From contig OZ024744.1 in assembly GCA_964016885.1 (NCBI GenBank), forward strand, positions 9,424,001 through 9,488,000: a stretch of 64,000 nucleotides of DNA, written 5' to 3'. Position numbers and translations under genes: made by a program. Positions within the stretch are counted from its first letter, which is position 1; the number at the start of each line of letters is the position of its first letter. Below the pieces are notes generated by a model. It saw only the letters and a program-made list of their open reading frames with translations, did no database searches and was not told the DNA's origin. The stretch comes from Eledone cirrhosa (taxonomy: Eukaryota). Below, piece by piece: positions 43,909 through 59,218 of the stretch.

Positions 43909-46900
43909 GTCCTAGATCTATGTATTAACTGCCTGTGTGTTGTATGTAGTCCTAGATGTATGTATTACCTGCCTGTGTGTTGTATGTGGTCCTAGATCTA
44001 TGTATTACCTGCCTGTGTGTTGTATGTGGTCCTAGATGTATGTATTACCTGCTTGTGTGTTGTATGTAGTCCTAGATGTATGTATTCCCTGCTTGTGTGT
44101 TGTATGTAGTCCTAGATGTATGTATTACCTGCTTGTGTGTTGTATGTGGTCCTAGATGTATGTATTACCTGCTTGTGTGTTGTATGTGGTCCTAGATGTG
44201 TGTATTACCTGCCTGTGTGTTGTATGTGGTCCTAGATGTATGTATTACCTGCTTGTGTGTTGTATGTAGTCCTAGATGTATGTATTACCTGCTTGCCTTG
44301 TGTGTTGTATGTAGTCCTAGATGTATGTATTACCTGCTTGTGTGTTGTATGTAGCCTTAGGTGTATTTATTACGTGCTTGTGTGCTGTATGTGGTCCTAG
44401 ATGTGTGTATTACCTGCTTGTGTGTTGTATGTAGTCCTAGATGTGTGTATTACCTGGTTATGTGTTGTATATTGTCATAGATGTGTGTATTACCTGCTTG
44501 TAGTGTTGTATGTCGTCCTAGATGTATACACTACCTGGTTATGTGTTGTATGTAGTCCTAGATGTGTGTATTACCTGCTTCTTTGTTGTATGTGGTCCTA
44601 GATCTATGTATTACCTACTGCTGTGTTCTATATTGTCCTAGATGTGTGTATTACCTGCTTGTGTGTTGTATGTAGTCCTAGATGTAAGTATTCCCTGCTT
44701 GTGTGTTGTATGTAGTCCTAGATGTATGTATTCCCTGCTTGTGTGTTGTATATAGTCCTAGATGTATGTATTACATGCTTGCCTTGTGAGTTGTATGTAG
44801 TCCTAGATTTATGTATTACCTGCTTGTGTGTTGTATGTAGTCTTAGGTGTATTTATTACGTGCTTGTGTGTTGTATGTAGTCCTAGATGTATGTATTACC
44901 TGCTTGCCTTGTGTGTTGTATGTAGTCCTAGATCTATGTATTACCTGCCTGTGTGTTGTATGTAGTCCTAGATGTATGTATTACCTGCTTGTGTGTTGTA
45001 TGTGGTCCTAGATGTGTGTATTACCTGCCTGTGTGTTGTATGTGGTCCTAGATGTATGTATTACCTTCTTGTGTGTTGTATGTAGTCCTAGATGTATGTA
45101 TTACCAGCTTGCCTTGTGTGTTGTATGTAGTCCTAGATGTATGTATTACCTGCTTGCCTTGTGTGTTGTATGTAGTCCTAGATGTATGTATTACCTGCTT
45201 GTGTGTTGTATGTGGTCCTAGATGTGTGTATTACCTGCCTGTGTGTTGTATGTGGTCCTAGATGTATGTATTACCTGCTTGTGTGCTGTATGTAGTCTTA
45301 GGTGTATTTATTACGTGCTTGTGTGTTGTATGTGGTCCTAGATGTGTGTATTACCTGCTTGTGTGTTGTATGTAGTCCTAGATGTGTGTATTACCTGCTT
45401 GTGTGTTGTATGTGGTCCTAGATGTATGTATTACCTGCTTGTGTGTTGTATGTAGTCCTAGATCTATGTATTAACTGCCTGTGTGTTGTATGTGGTCCTA
45501 GATGTATGTATTACCTGCTTGTGTGTTGTATGTAGTCCTAGATGTATGTATTCCCTGCTTGTGTGTTGTATGTAGTCCTAGATGTATGTATTACCTGCTT
45601 GTGTGTTGTATGTGGTCCTAGATGTATGTATTACCTGCTTGTGTGTTGTATGAGGTCCTAGATGTGTGTATTACCTGCCTGTGTGTTGTATGTGGTCCTA
45701 GATGTATGTATTACCTGCTTGTGTGTTGTATGTAGTCCTAGATGTATGTATTACCTGCTTGCCTTGTGTGTTGTATGTAGTCCTAGATGTATGTATTACC
45801 TGCTTGTGTGTTGTATGTAGTCTTAGGTGTATTTATTACGTGCTTGTGTGCTGTATGTGGTCCTAGATGTGTGTATTACCTGCTTGTGTGTTGTATGTAG
45901 TCCTAGATGTGTGTATTACCTGGTTATGTGTTGTATATTGTTATAGATGTGTGTATTACCTGCTTGTAGTGTTGTATGTCGTCCTAGATGTATACACTAC
46001 CTGGTTATGTGTTGTATGTAGTCCTAGATGTGTGTATTACCAGCTTCTTTGTTGTATGTGGTCCTAGATCTATGTATTACCTACTGCTGTGTTCTATATT
46101 GTCCTAGATGTGTGTATTACCTGCTTGTGTGTTGTATGTAGTCCTAGATGTAAGTATTCCCTGCTTGTGTGTTGTATGTAGTCCTAGATGTTTGTATTCC
46201 CTGCTTGTGTGTTGTATGTAGTCCTAGATGTATGTATTACCTGCTTGCCTTGTGTGTTGTATGTAGTCCTAGATCTATGTATTACCTGCCTGTGTGTTGT
46301 ATGTGGTCCTAGATGTATGTATTACCTGCTTGTGTGTTGTATGTAGTCCTAGATGTATGTATTCCCTGCTTGTGTGTTGTATGTAGTCCTAGATGTATGT
46401 ATTACCTGCTTGTGTGTTGTATGTGGTCCTAGATGTGTGTATTACCTGCCTGTGTGTTGTATGTGGTCCTAGATGTATGTATTACCTGCTTGTGTGTTGT
46501 ATGTAGTCCTAGATGTATGTATTACCAGCTTGCATTGTGTGTTGTATGTAGTCCTAGATGTATGTATTACCTGCTTGCCTTGTGTGTTGTATGTAGTCCT
46601 AGATGTATGTATTACCTGCTTGTGTGTTGTATGTGGTCCTAGATGTGTGTATTACCTGCCTGTGTGTTGTATGTGGTCCTAGATGTATGTATTACCTGCT
46701 TGTGTGCTGTATGTAGTCTTAGGTGTATTTATTACGTGCTTGTGTGTTGTATGTTGTCCTAGATGTGTGTATTACCTGCTTGTGTGTTGTATGTAGTCCT
46801 AGATGTGTGTATTACTTGCTTGTGTGTTGTATGTAGTCCTAGATGTATATACTACCTGGTTATGTGTTGTATGTAGTCCTAGATGTGTGTATTACCTGCT

Positions 46901-48310
46901 TCTTTGTTGTATGTGGTCCTAGATGTATGTATTACCTACTGCTGTGTTCTATATGGTCCTAGATGTGTGTATTACCTGCTTGTGTGTTGTATGTGGTCCT
47001 AGATGTATGTATTACCTGGTTATGTGTTGTATGTGGTCCTAGATGTATGTATTACCTGGTTATGTGTTGTATCTGGTCCTAGATATATGTATTACCTGTC
47101 TCTGTGTTGTATGTGGTCCTAGATGTATGTGCTAGCTGGTTATGTGTTGTATGTGGTCCTAGATGTATATATTACCTGTTTTTGTGTTGTATGTGGTCCT
47201 AGATGTATGTATTACCTGCTTGTGTGTTGTATGTGGTCCTAGATGTGTGTATTACCTGATTATGTGTTGTATGTGGTCCTGGATGTATGTATTACCTGCC
47301 TGTGTGTTGTATGTAGTCCTTGATGTATGTATTACCTGGTTATGTGTTGTATGTGGTCCTAGATGTATGTATTACCTGCTTGTGTGTTGTATTTGGTCCT
47401 AGATGTATGTATTACCTGCTTGTGTGTTGTATGTGGTCCTAGATGTATGTATTACCTGCTTGTGTGTTGTATGTAGTCCTAGATCTATGTATTAACTGCC
47501 TGTGTGTTGTATGTAGTCCTAGATGTATGTATTACCTGCCTGTGTGTTGTATGTGGTCCTAGATCTATGTATTACCTGCCTGTGTGTTGTATGTGGTCCT
47601 AGATGTATGTATTACCTGCTTGTGTGTTGTATGTAGTCCTAGATGTATGTATTCCCTGCTTGTGTGTTGTATGTAGTCCTAGATGTATGTATTACCTGCT
47701 TGTGTGTTGTATGTGGTCCTAGATGTATGTATTACCTGCTTGTGTGTTGTATGTGGTCCTAGATGTGTGTATTACCTGCCTGTGTGTTGTATGTGGTCCT
47801 AGATGTATGTATTACCTGCTTGTGTGTTGTATGTAGTCCTAGATGTATGTATTACCTGCTTGCCTTGTGTGTTGTATGTAGTCCTAGATGTATGTATTAC
47901 CTGCTTGTGTGTTGTATGTAGCCTTAGGTGTATTTATTACGTGCTTGTGTGCTGTATGTGGTCCTAGATGTGTGTATTACCTGCTTGTGTGTTGTATGTA
48001 GTCCTAGATGTGTGTATTACCTGGTTATGTGTTGTATATTGTCATAGATGTGTGTATTACCTGCTTGTAGTGTTGTATGTCGTCCTAGATGTATACACTA
48101 CCTGGTTATGTGTTGTATGTAGTCCTAGATGTGTGTATTACCTGCTTCTTTGTTGTATGTGGTCCTAGATCTATGTATTACCTACTGCTGTGTTCTATAT
48201 TGTCCTAGATGTGTGTATTACCTGCTTGTGTGTTGTATGTAGTCCTAGATGTAAGTATTCCCTGCTTGTGTGTTGTATGTAGTCCTAGATGTATGTATTC
48301 CCTGCTTGTG
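42130..48310. repeat. Duplicated block with 3567-bp offset inside the satellite (~42130-44740 and ~45700-48310)
   Basis: ORF pairs 42300/45867, 42866/46433, 43596/47163 and 44401/47968 all differ by 3567. Shared rare variants are GCTTGCATTG (~42961/46528) and AGCCTTAGG (~44353/47920). Confidence 0.9.
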
Positions 48311-51300
48311 TGTTGTATGTAGTCCTAGATGTGTGTATTACCTGGTTATGTGTTGTATATTGTCATAGATGTGTGTATTACCTGCTTGTGTGTTGTATGT
48401 GGTCCTAGATGTGTGTATTACTTGCTTGTGTGTTGTATGTAGTCCTAGATGTATATACTACCTGGTTATGTGTTGTATGTAGTTCTAGATGTGTGTATTA
48501 CCTGCTTCTTTGTTGTATGTGGCCCTAAATGTATGTATTACCTACTGCTGTGTTGTATATGGTCCTAGATGTGTGTATTACCTGCTTGTGTGTTGTATGT
48601 GGTCCTAGATGTGTGTATTACCTGCCTGTGTGTTGTATGTGGTCCTAGATGTATGTATTACCTTCTTGTGTGTTGTATGTAGTCCTAGATGTATGTATTA
48701 CCAGCTTGCCTTGTGTGTTGTATGTAGTCCTAGATGTATGTATTACCTGCTTGCCTTGTGTGTTGTATGTAGTCCTAGATGTATGTATTACCTGCTTGTG
48801 TGTTGTATGTGGTCCTAGATGTGTGTATTACCTGCCTGTGTGTTGTATGTGGTCCTAGATGTATGTATTACCTGCTTGTGTGCTGTATGTAGTCTTAGGT
48901 GTATTTATTACGTGCTTGTGTGTTGTATGTGGTCCTAGATGTGTGTATTACCTGCTTGTGTGTTGTATGTAGTCCTAGATGTGTGTATTACTTGCTTGTG
49001 TGTTGTATGTAGTCCTAGATGTATATACTACCTGGTTATGTGTTGTATGTAGTCCTAGATGTGTGTATTACCTGCTTCTTTGTTGTATGTGGTCCTAGAT
49101 GTATGTATTACCTACTGCTGTGTTCTATATGGTCCTAGATGTGTGTATTACCTGCTTGTGTGTTGTATGTGGTCCTAGATGTATGTATTACCTGGTTATG
49201 TGTTGTATGTGGTCCTAGATGTATGTATTACCTGATTATGTGTTGTATCTGGTCCTAGATATATGTATTACCTGTCTCTGTGTTGTATGTGGTCCTAGAT
49301 GTATGTGCTAGCTGGTTATGTGTTGTATGTGGTCCTAGATGTATATATTACCTGTTTTTGTGTTGTATGTGGTCCTAGATGTATGTATTACCTGCTTGTG
49401 TGCTGTATGTGGTCCTAGATGTGTGTATTACCTGATTATGTGTTGTATGTGGTCCTAGATGTATGTATTACCTGCTTGTGTGTTGTATGTGGTCCTAGAT
49501 GTATGTATTACCTGGTTATGTGTTGTATGTGGTCCTAGATGTATGTATTACCTGCTTGTGTGTTGTATGTGGTCCTAGATGTATGTATTACCTGCCTGTG
49601 TGTTGTATATGGTCCTAGATGAATGTATTACCTGGTTATGTGTTGTATGTGGTCCTAGATGTATGTATTACCTGCCTGTGTGTTGTATGTAGTCCTAGAT
49701 GTATGTATTACCTGCCTGTGTGTTGTATGTGGTCCTAGATTTATATATTACCTGGTTATGTGTTATATGTAGTCCTAGATGTATGTATTACCTGGTTATG
49801 TGTTGTATGTGGTCCTAGATGTGTGTATTACCTGCCTGTGTGTTGTATGTGGTCCTAGATGTGTGTATTACCTGCTTGTGTGTTGTATATGGTCCTGGAT
49901 GTATGTATTACCTGCTTGTGTGATGTATGTGGTCCTAGATGTGTGTAGTACCTGGTTATGTGTTGTATGTGGTGCTAGATGTATGTATTACCTGCTTGTG
50001 TGTTGTATGTGGCCCTCTATGTGTGTATTACCTGCTTGTGTGTTGTATGTGGTCCTAGATGTATGTATTACCTGGTTATGTGTTGTATGTAATTCTAGAT
50101 GTATGTACAACCTGGTTATGTGTTGTATGTGGTCCTAGATGTATGTATTACCAGCCTGTGTGTTGTATGTGGTCCTAGATGTATGTATTACCTGGTTATT
50201 CGTTGTATGTGGTCCTAGATGTGTTATTACCTGCTTCTATGTTATATGTGGTCCTAGATGTGTGTATTACTTGCTTGTGTGTTGTATGTGGTCCTGGATG
50301 TATGTATTACCTGCTTGTGTGTTGTATGTGGTTCTAGATGTATGTATTACCTGGTTATGTGTTGTATGTGGTCCTAGATGTATGTATTACCTGGTTATGT
50401 GTTGTATGTTGTCCTAGATGTATGTACTACCTGGTTATGTGTTGTATGTGGTCCTAGATGTATGTATTACCTGCTTGTGTGTTGTATGTGGTCCTAGATA
50501 TATGTATTACCTGGTTGTGTGTTCTATGTAGTCCTAGATGTATGTATTACCTGGTTATGTGTTGTATGTAGTCCTAGATGTATGTATTACCTGCTTGTGT
50601 GTTGTATGTGGTCCTAGATGTATGTATTACTTGGTTATGTGTTGTATGTGGTCCTAGATGTTGTTATAACCTGTCTGTTGTTGTATGTGGTCCTAGATGT
50701 GTGTATTACCTGCTTGTGTGTTGTATGTAGTCCTAGATGTATGTATTACCTGGTTATGTGTTGTATGTAGTCATAGATGTATGTATTACTTGGTTATGTG
50801 TTGTATGTGGTCCTAGATGTGTGTATTACCTGCTTGTGTGTCCTAGATTATGTATTACCTGCTTGTGTGTTGTATGTGTTCCTATATGTGTGTATTACCT
50901 GCTTGTGTGTTGTATGTAGTCCTAGATGTATGTATTTCCTGCTGGTGTGTTGTATGTGGTCCTAGATGTATGTATTACCTGCTTGTGTGTTGTATGTAGT
51001 CCTTGATGTATGTATTACCTGCTTGTGTGTTGTATGTAGTCCTAGATGTCTGTATTACCTGCTTGTGTGTTGTATGTGGCCCTAGAAGTGTGTATTATCT
51101 GCTTGTGTGTTGTATGTGGCCCTAGATGTGTGTATTACCTGGTTATGTGTTGTATGTAGTCCTAGATGTGTGTATTACCTGCTTGTATGTTGTATATAGT
51201 CCTAGATGTATGTATTACCTGCTTGTGTGTTGTATGTAGTCATAGATGTGTGTATTACCTGCTTCTGTGTTGTATGTGGCCTTAGATGTGTGTATTACCT

Positions 51301-54300
51301 GCTTGTGTGTTGTATATGGTCCTAGATGTTTGTATTCCCTGCTTGTGTGTTGTATGTGGTCCTAGATGTATGTATTACCTGCTTATGTGTTGTATGTGGT
51401 CCTAGATGTATGTATTACCTACTGGTGTGTTGTTTGTGGTCCTAGATGTATGTATTACCTGCCTGTGTGTTGTATGTGGTCCTAGATGTATGTATTACCT
51501 ACTGGTGTGTTGTATGTGGTCCTAGATGTATGTATTACCTGCTTGTGTGTTGTATGTGGTCCTAGATGTATGTATTACCTGGTTATGTGTTGTATGTGGT
51601 CCTAGATGTATCTATTACCTGGTTATGTGTTGTATGTGGTCCTGGATGTATGTATTACCTGTCTGTGTGTTGTATGTGTTTCTAAATGTATGTATTACCT
51701 GGTTATGTGTTGTATGTGGTCCTAGATGTATGTATTACATGCTTGTGTGTTGTATTTGGTCCTAGATGTATGTATTACCTGCTTGTGTGTTGTATGTGGT
51801 CCTAGATGTATGTATTACCTGCTTGTGTGTTGTATGTAGTCCTAGATCTATGTATTACCTGCATGTGTGTTGTATGTAGTCCTAGATGTATGTATTACCT
51901 GCCTGTGTGTTGTATGTGGTCCTAGATCTATGTATTACCTGCCTGTGTGTTGTATGTGGTCCTAGATGTATGTATTACCTGCTTGTGTGTTGTATGTAGT
52001 CCTAGATGTATGTATTCCCTGCTTGTGTGTTGTATGTAGTCCTAGATGTATGTATTACCTGCTTGTGTGTTGTATGTGGTCCTAGATGTATGTATTACCT
52101 GCTTGTGTGTTGTATGTGGTCCTAGATGTGTGTATTACCTGCCTGTGTGTTGTATGTGGTCCTAGATGTATGTATTACCTGCTTGTGTGTTGTATGTAGT
52201 CCTAGATGTATGTATTACCTGCTTGCCTTGTGTGTTGTATGTAGTCCTAGATGTATGTATTACCTGCTTGCCTTGTGTGTTGTATGTAGTCTTAGGTGTA
52301 TTTATTACGTGCTTGTGTGCTGTATGTGGTCCTAGATGTGTGTATTACCTGCTTGTGTGTTGTATGTAGTCCTAGATGTGTGTATTACCTGGTTATGTGT
52401 TGTATATTGTCATAGATGTGTGTATTACCTGCTTGTAGTGTTGTATGTCGTCCTAGATGTATACACTACCTGGTTATGTGTTGTATGTAGTCGTAGATGT
52501 GTGTATTACCTGCTTCTTTGTTGTATGTGGTCCTAGATCTATGTATTACCTACTGCTGTGTTCTATATTATCCTAGATGTGTGTATTACCTGCTTGTGTG
52601 TTGTATGTAGTCCTAGATGTATGTATTCCCTGCTTGTGTGTTGTATGTAGTCCTAGATGTATGTATTCCCTGCTTGTGTGTTGTATGTAGTCCTAGATGT
52701 ATGTATTACCTGCTTGCCTTGTGTGTTGTATGTAGTCCTAGATGTATGTATTACCTGCTTGTGTGTTGTATGTAGTCTTAGGTGTATTTATTACGTGCTT
52801 GTGTGTTGTATGTAGTCCTAGATGTATGTATTACCTGCTTGCCTTGTGTGTTGTATGTTGTCCTAGATCTATGTATTACCTGCCTGTGTGTTGTATGTGG
52901 TCCTAGATGTATGTATTACCTGCTTGTGTGTTGTATGTAGTCCTAGATGTATGTATTCCCTGCTTGTGTGTTGTATGTTGTCCTAGATGTATGTATTACC
53001 TGCTTGTGTGTTGTATGTGGTCCTAGATGTGTGTATTACCTGCCTGTGTGTTGTATGTGGTCCTAGATGTATGTATTACCTGCTTGTGTGTTGTATGTAG
53101 TCCTAGATGTATGTATTACCAGCTTGCCTTGTGTGTTGTATGTAGTCCTAGATGTATGTATTACCTGCTTGTGTGCTGTATGTAGTCTTAGGTGTATTTA
53201 TTACGTGCTTGTGTGTTGTATGTGGTCCTAGATGTGTGTATTACCTGCTTGTGTGTTGTATGTAGTCCTAGATGTGTGTATTACCTGGTTATGTGTTGTA
53301 TATTGTCATAGATGTGTGTATTACCTGCTTGTGTGTTGTATGTGGTCCTAGATGTGTGTATTACTTGCTTGTGTGTTGTATGTAGTCCTAGATGTATATA
53401 CTACCTGGTTATGTGTTGTATGTAGTTCTAGATGTGTGTCTTACCTGCTTCTTTGTTGTATGTGGCCCTAAATGTATGTATTACCTACTGCTGTGTTGTA
53501 TATGGTCCTAGATGTGTGTATTACCTGCTTGTGTGTTGTATGTGGTCCTAGATGTATGTATTACCTGGTTGTGTGTTCTATGTAGTCCTAGATGTATGTA
53601 TTACCTGGTTATGTGTTGTATGTGGTCCTAGATGTATGTATTACCTGTTTCTGTGTTGTACGTGGTCCTAGATGCATGTATTACCTGGTTATGTGTTGTA
53701 TGTGGTGCTAGATGTATGTATTACCTGGTTATGTGTTGTATGTAGTCCTAGATGTGTGTATTACGTGGTTATGTGGTGTATGTAGTCCTAGATGTATGTA
53801 TTACCTGCTTGTGTGTTGTATGTGGTCCTAGATGTATGTATTACTTGGTTATGTGTTGTATGTGGTCCTAGATGTATGTATTACCTGGTTATGTGTTGTA
53901 TGTGGTCCTAGATGTGTTATTACCTGCTTGTATGTTATATGTGGTCCTAGATGTGTGTATTACTTGCTTGTGTGTTCTATGTAGTCCTAGATGTATGTAT
54001 TACCTGCTGGTGTGTTGTATGTGGTCCTGGATGTATGTATTACCTGCTTGTGTGTTGTATGTGGTTCTAGATGTATGTATTACCTGGTTATGTGTTGTAT
54101 GTGGTCCTAGATGTATGTATTACCTGCTTGTGTGTTGTATGTGGTCCTAGATGTATGTGCTACCTGGTTATGTGTTGTATGTGGTCCTAGATGTATGTAT
54201 TACCTGCTTGTATGTTCTATGTGGTCCTGGATGTATGTATTACCTGGTTATGTGTTGTATGTGGTCCTAGATGTGTGTATTACCTGCCTGTGTGTTGTAT

Positions 54301-57300
54301 GTGGTCCTAGATGTATGTATTACCTGGTTGTGTGTTCTATGTGGTCCTAGATGTATGTATTACCTGCTTGTGTGTTGTATGTGGTCCTAGATGTATGTAT
54401 TACCTGGTTATGTGTTGTATGTGGTCCTAGATGTATGTATTACCTGGTTATGTGTTGTATCTGGTCCTAGATGTATGTATTACCTGTCTCTGTGTTGTAT
54501 GTGGTCCTAGATGTATGTGCTACCTGGTTATGTGTTGTATGTGGTCCTAGATGTATGTGCTAGCTGGTTATGTGTTGTATGTGGTCCTAGATGTATATAT
54601 TACCTGTTTTTGTGTTGTATGTGGTCCTAGATGTGTGTATTACCTGATTATGTGTTGTATGTGGTCCTAGATGTATGTATTACCTGCTTGTGTGTTGTAT
54701 GTGGTCCTAGATGTATGTATTACCTGGTTATGTGTTGTATGTGGTCCTAGATGTGTGTATTACCTGCTTGTGTGTTGTATATAGTCCTGGATGTATGTAT
54801 TACCTGCTTGTGTGATGTATGTGGTCCTAGATGTGTGTATTACCTGGTTATGTGTTGTATGTGGTGCTAGATGTATGTATTACCTGCTTGTATGTTGTAT
54901 GTGGCCCTATATGTGTGTATTACCTGCTTGTGTGTTGTATGTGGTCCTAGATGTATGTATTACCTGGTTATGTGTTGTATGTAATCCTAGATGTATGTAC
55001 AACCTGGTTATGTGTTGTATGTGGTCCTAGATGTATGTATTACCTGCTTGTGTGTTGTATGTGGTCCTAGATGTATGTATTACCTGGTTGTGTGTTCTAT
55101 GTAGTCCTAGATGTATGTATTACCTGGTTATGTGTTGTATGTAGTCCTAGATGTGTGTATTACCTGGTTATGTGGTGTATGTAGTCCTAGATGTATGTAT
55201 TACCTGCTTGTGTGTTGTATGTGGTCCTAGATGTATGTATTACCTGGTTATGTGTTGTATGTGGTCCTAGATGTATGTATTACCTGCTTGTGTGTTGTAT
55301 GTGGTCCTAGATGTATGTATTACCTGCCTGTGTGTTGTATGTGGTCCTAGATGTATGTATTACTTGGTTATGTGTTGTATGTGGTCCTAGATGTTGTTAT
55401 AACCTGCCTGTTGTTGTATGTGATCCTAGATGTGTGTATTACCTGCCTGTGTGTTGTATGTAGTCCTAGATTTATGTGTTACCTGGTTATGTGTTGTATT
55501 TGGTCCTAGATGTATGTATTACAAGCATGTGTGTTGTATGTGGTCCTAGATGTATGTATTACCTGGTTATGTGTTGTATGTGGTCCTAGATGTGTTATTA
55601 CCTGCTTGTATGTTATATTTGGTCCTAGATGTGTGTATTACTTGCTTGTGTGTTCTATGTAGTCCTAGATGTATGTATTACCTGCTGGTGTGTTGTATGT
55701 GGTCCTGGGTGTATGTATTACCTGCTTGTGTGTTGTATGTGGTCCTAGATGTATGTATTACCTGCTTATGTGTTGTATGTGGTCCAAGATGTATGTATTA
55801 CCTGCCTGTGTGTTGTATGTGGTCCTAGATGTATGTATTACCTACTGGTGTGTTGTATGTGGTCCTAGAATTGTGTATTACCTGCTTGTGTGTTGTATGT
55901 GGTCCTAGATGTATGTATTACCTACTGGTGTGTTGTATGTGGTCCTAGATGTATGTATTACCTGCCTGTGTGTTGTATGTGGTCCTAGATGTATGTATTA
56001 CCTACTGGTGTGTTGTATGTGGTCCTAGATGTATGTATTACCTGCTTGTGTGTTGTATGTGGTCCTAGATGTATGTATTACCTGGTTATGTGTTGTATGT
56101 GGTCCTAGATGTTGTTATAACCTGCCTGTTGTTGTATGTGATCCTAGATGTATCTATTACCTGGTTATGTGTTGTATGTGGTCCTGGATGTATGTATTAC
56201 CTGCCTGTGTGTTGTATGTGTTTCTAGATGTATGTATTACCTGGTTATGTGTTGTATGTAGTCCTAGATGTATGTATTACCTGCTTGTGTGTTGTATTTG
56301 GTCCTAGATGTATGTATTACCTGCTTGTGTGTTGTATGTAGTCCTAGATCTATGTATTACCTGCCTGTGTTTTGTATGTAGTCCTAGATATATGTATTAC
56401 CTGCCTGTGTGTTGTATGTGGTCCTAGATCTATGTATTACCTGCTTGTGTGTTGTATGTAGTCCTAGATGTATGTATTCCCTGCTTGTGTGTTGTATGTA
56501 GTCCTAGATGTATGTATTACCTGCTTGTGTGTTGTATGTGGTCCTAGATGTATGTATTACCTGCTTGTGTGTTGTATGTGGTCCTAGATGTGTGTATTAC
56601 CTGCCTGTGTGTTGTATGTGGTCCTAGATGTATGTATTACCTGCTTGTGTGTTGTATGTAGTCCTAGATGTATGTATTACCTGCTTGCCTTGTGTGTTGT
56701 ATGTAGTCCTAGATGTATGTATTACCTGCTTGTGTGTTGTATGTAGTCTTAGGTGTATTTATTACGTGCTTGTGTGCTGTATGTGGTCCTAGATGTGTGT
56801 ATTACCTGCTTGTGTGTTGTATGTAGTCCTAGATGTGTGTATTACCTGGTTATGTGTTGTATATTGTCATAGATTTTGTATTACCTGCTTGTGTGTTGTA
56901 TGTATTCCTAGATGTATACACTACCTGGTTATGTGTTGTATGTAGTCCTAGATGTGTGTATTACCTGCTTCTTTGTTGTATGTGGTCCTAGATCTATGTA
57001 TTACCTACTGCTGTGTTCTATATTGTCCTAGATGTGTGTATTACCTGCTTGTGTGTTGTATGTAGTCCTAGATGTATGTATTCCCTGCTTGTGTGTTGTT
57101 TGTAATCCTAGATGTATGTATTCCCTGCTTGTGTGTTGTATGTAGTCCTAGATGTATGTATTACCTGCTTGCCTTGTGTGTTGTATGTAGTCCTAGATGT
57201 ATGTATTACCTGCTTGTGTGTTGTATGTAGTCTTAGGTGTATTTATTACGTGCTTGTGTGTCGTATGTAGTCCTAGATGTATGTATTACCTGCTTGCCTT

Positions 57301-58260
57301 GTGTGTTGTATGTAGTCCTAGATCTATGTATTACCTGCCTGTGTGTTGTATGTGGTCCTAGATGTATGTATTACCTGCTTGTGTGTTGTATGTAGTCCTA
57401 GATGTATGTATTCCCTGCTTGTGTGTTGTATGTAGTCCTAGATGTATGTATTACCTGCCTGTGTGTTGTATGTGGTCCTAGATGTATGTATTACCTGCTT
57501 GTGTGTTGTATGTAGTCCTAGATGTATGTATTACCTGCTTGCCTTGTGTGTTGTATGTAGTCCTAGATGTATGTATTACCTGCTTGTGTGTTGTATGTAG
57601 TCTTAGGTGTATTTATTACGTGCTTGTGTGTTGTATGTGTTCCTAGATGTGTGTATTACCTGCTTGTGTGTTGTATGTAGTCCTAGATGTGTGTATTACC
57701 TGGTTATGTCTTGTATATTGTCATAGATGTGTGTATTACCTGCTTGTGTGTTGTATGTGGTCCTAGATGTGTGTATTACTTGCTTGTGTGTTGTATGTAG
57801 TCCTAGATGTATGTACTACCTGGTTATGTGTTGTATGTAGTCCTAGATGTGTGTATTACCTGCTTCTTTGTTGTATGTGGTCCTAGATGTATGTATTACC
57901 TACTGCTGTGTTGTATATGGTCCTAGATGTGTGTATTACCTGCTTGTGTGTTGTATGTGGTCCTAGATGTATGTATGACCTGGTTGTGTGTTCTATGTAG
58001 TCCTAGATGTATGTATTACCTGGTTATGTGTTGTATGTGGTCCTAGATGTATGTATTACCTGTTTCTGTGTTGTACGTGGTCCTAGATGCATGTATTACC
58101 TGGTTATGTGTTGTATGTGGTGCTAGATGTATGTATTACCTGGTTATGTGTTGTATGTAGTCCTAGATGTGTGTATTACGTGGTTATGTGGTGTATGTAG
58201 TCCTAGATGTATGTATTACCTGCTTGTGTGTTGTATGTGGTCCTAGATGTATGTATTACC

Positions 58261-59218
58261 TGGTTATGTGTTGTATGTGGTCCTAGATGTGTTATTACCT
58301 GCTTGTATGTTATATGTGGTCCTAGATGTGTGTATTACTTGCTTGTGTGTTCTATGTAGTCCTAGATGTATGTATTACCTGCTGGTGTGTTGTATGTGGT
58401 CCTGGATGTATGTATTACCTGCTTGTGTGTTGTATGTGGTTCTAGATGTATGTATTACCTGGTTATGTTTTGTATGTTGTCCTAGATGTATGTATTACCT
58501 GGTTATGTGTTGTATGTAGTCCTAGATGTGTGTACTACCTGGTTATGTGTTGTATGTGGTCCTAGATGTATGTATTACCTGCTTGTGTGTTGTATATGGT
58601 CCTAGATATATGTATTACCTGGTTGTGTGTTCTATGTAGTCCTAGATGTATGTATTACCTGGTTATGTGTTGTATGTAGTCCTAGATGTATGTATTACCT
58701 GCTTGTGTGTTGTATGTGGTCCTAGATGTATGTATTACTTGGTTATGTGTTGTATGTGGTCCTAGATGTGTTATTACCTGCTTGTATGTTATATGTGGTC
58801 CTAGATGTGTGTATTACTTGCTTGTGTGTTCTATGTAGTCCTAGATGTATGTATTACCTGCTGGTGTGTTGTATGTGGTCCTGGATGTATGTATTACCTG
58901 CTTGTGTGTTGTTTGTGGTTCTAGATGTATGTATTACCTGGTTATGTGTTGTATGTGGTCCTAGATGTATGTATTACCTGGTTATGTGTTGTATGTAGTC
59001 CTAGATGTGTGTACTACCTGGTTATGTGTTGTATGTGGTCCTAGATGTATGTATTACCTGCTTGTGTGTTGTATATGGTCCTAGATATATGTATTACCTG
59101 GTTGTGTGTTCTATGTAGTCCTAGATGTATGTATTACCTGGTTATGTGTTGTATGTAGTCCTAGATGTATGTATTACCTGCTTGTGTGTTGTATGTGGTC
59201 CTAGATGTATGTATTACT
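58261..59218. repeat. 479-bp (12-monomer) local tandem duplication
   Basis: ORFs at 58247 and 58726 are offset by 479. Both copies carry GTGTGTACTACC and TATATGGTCCTAGATATATG. Confidence 0.88.
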
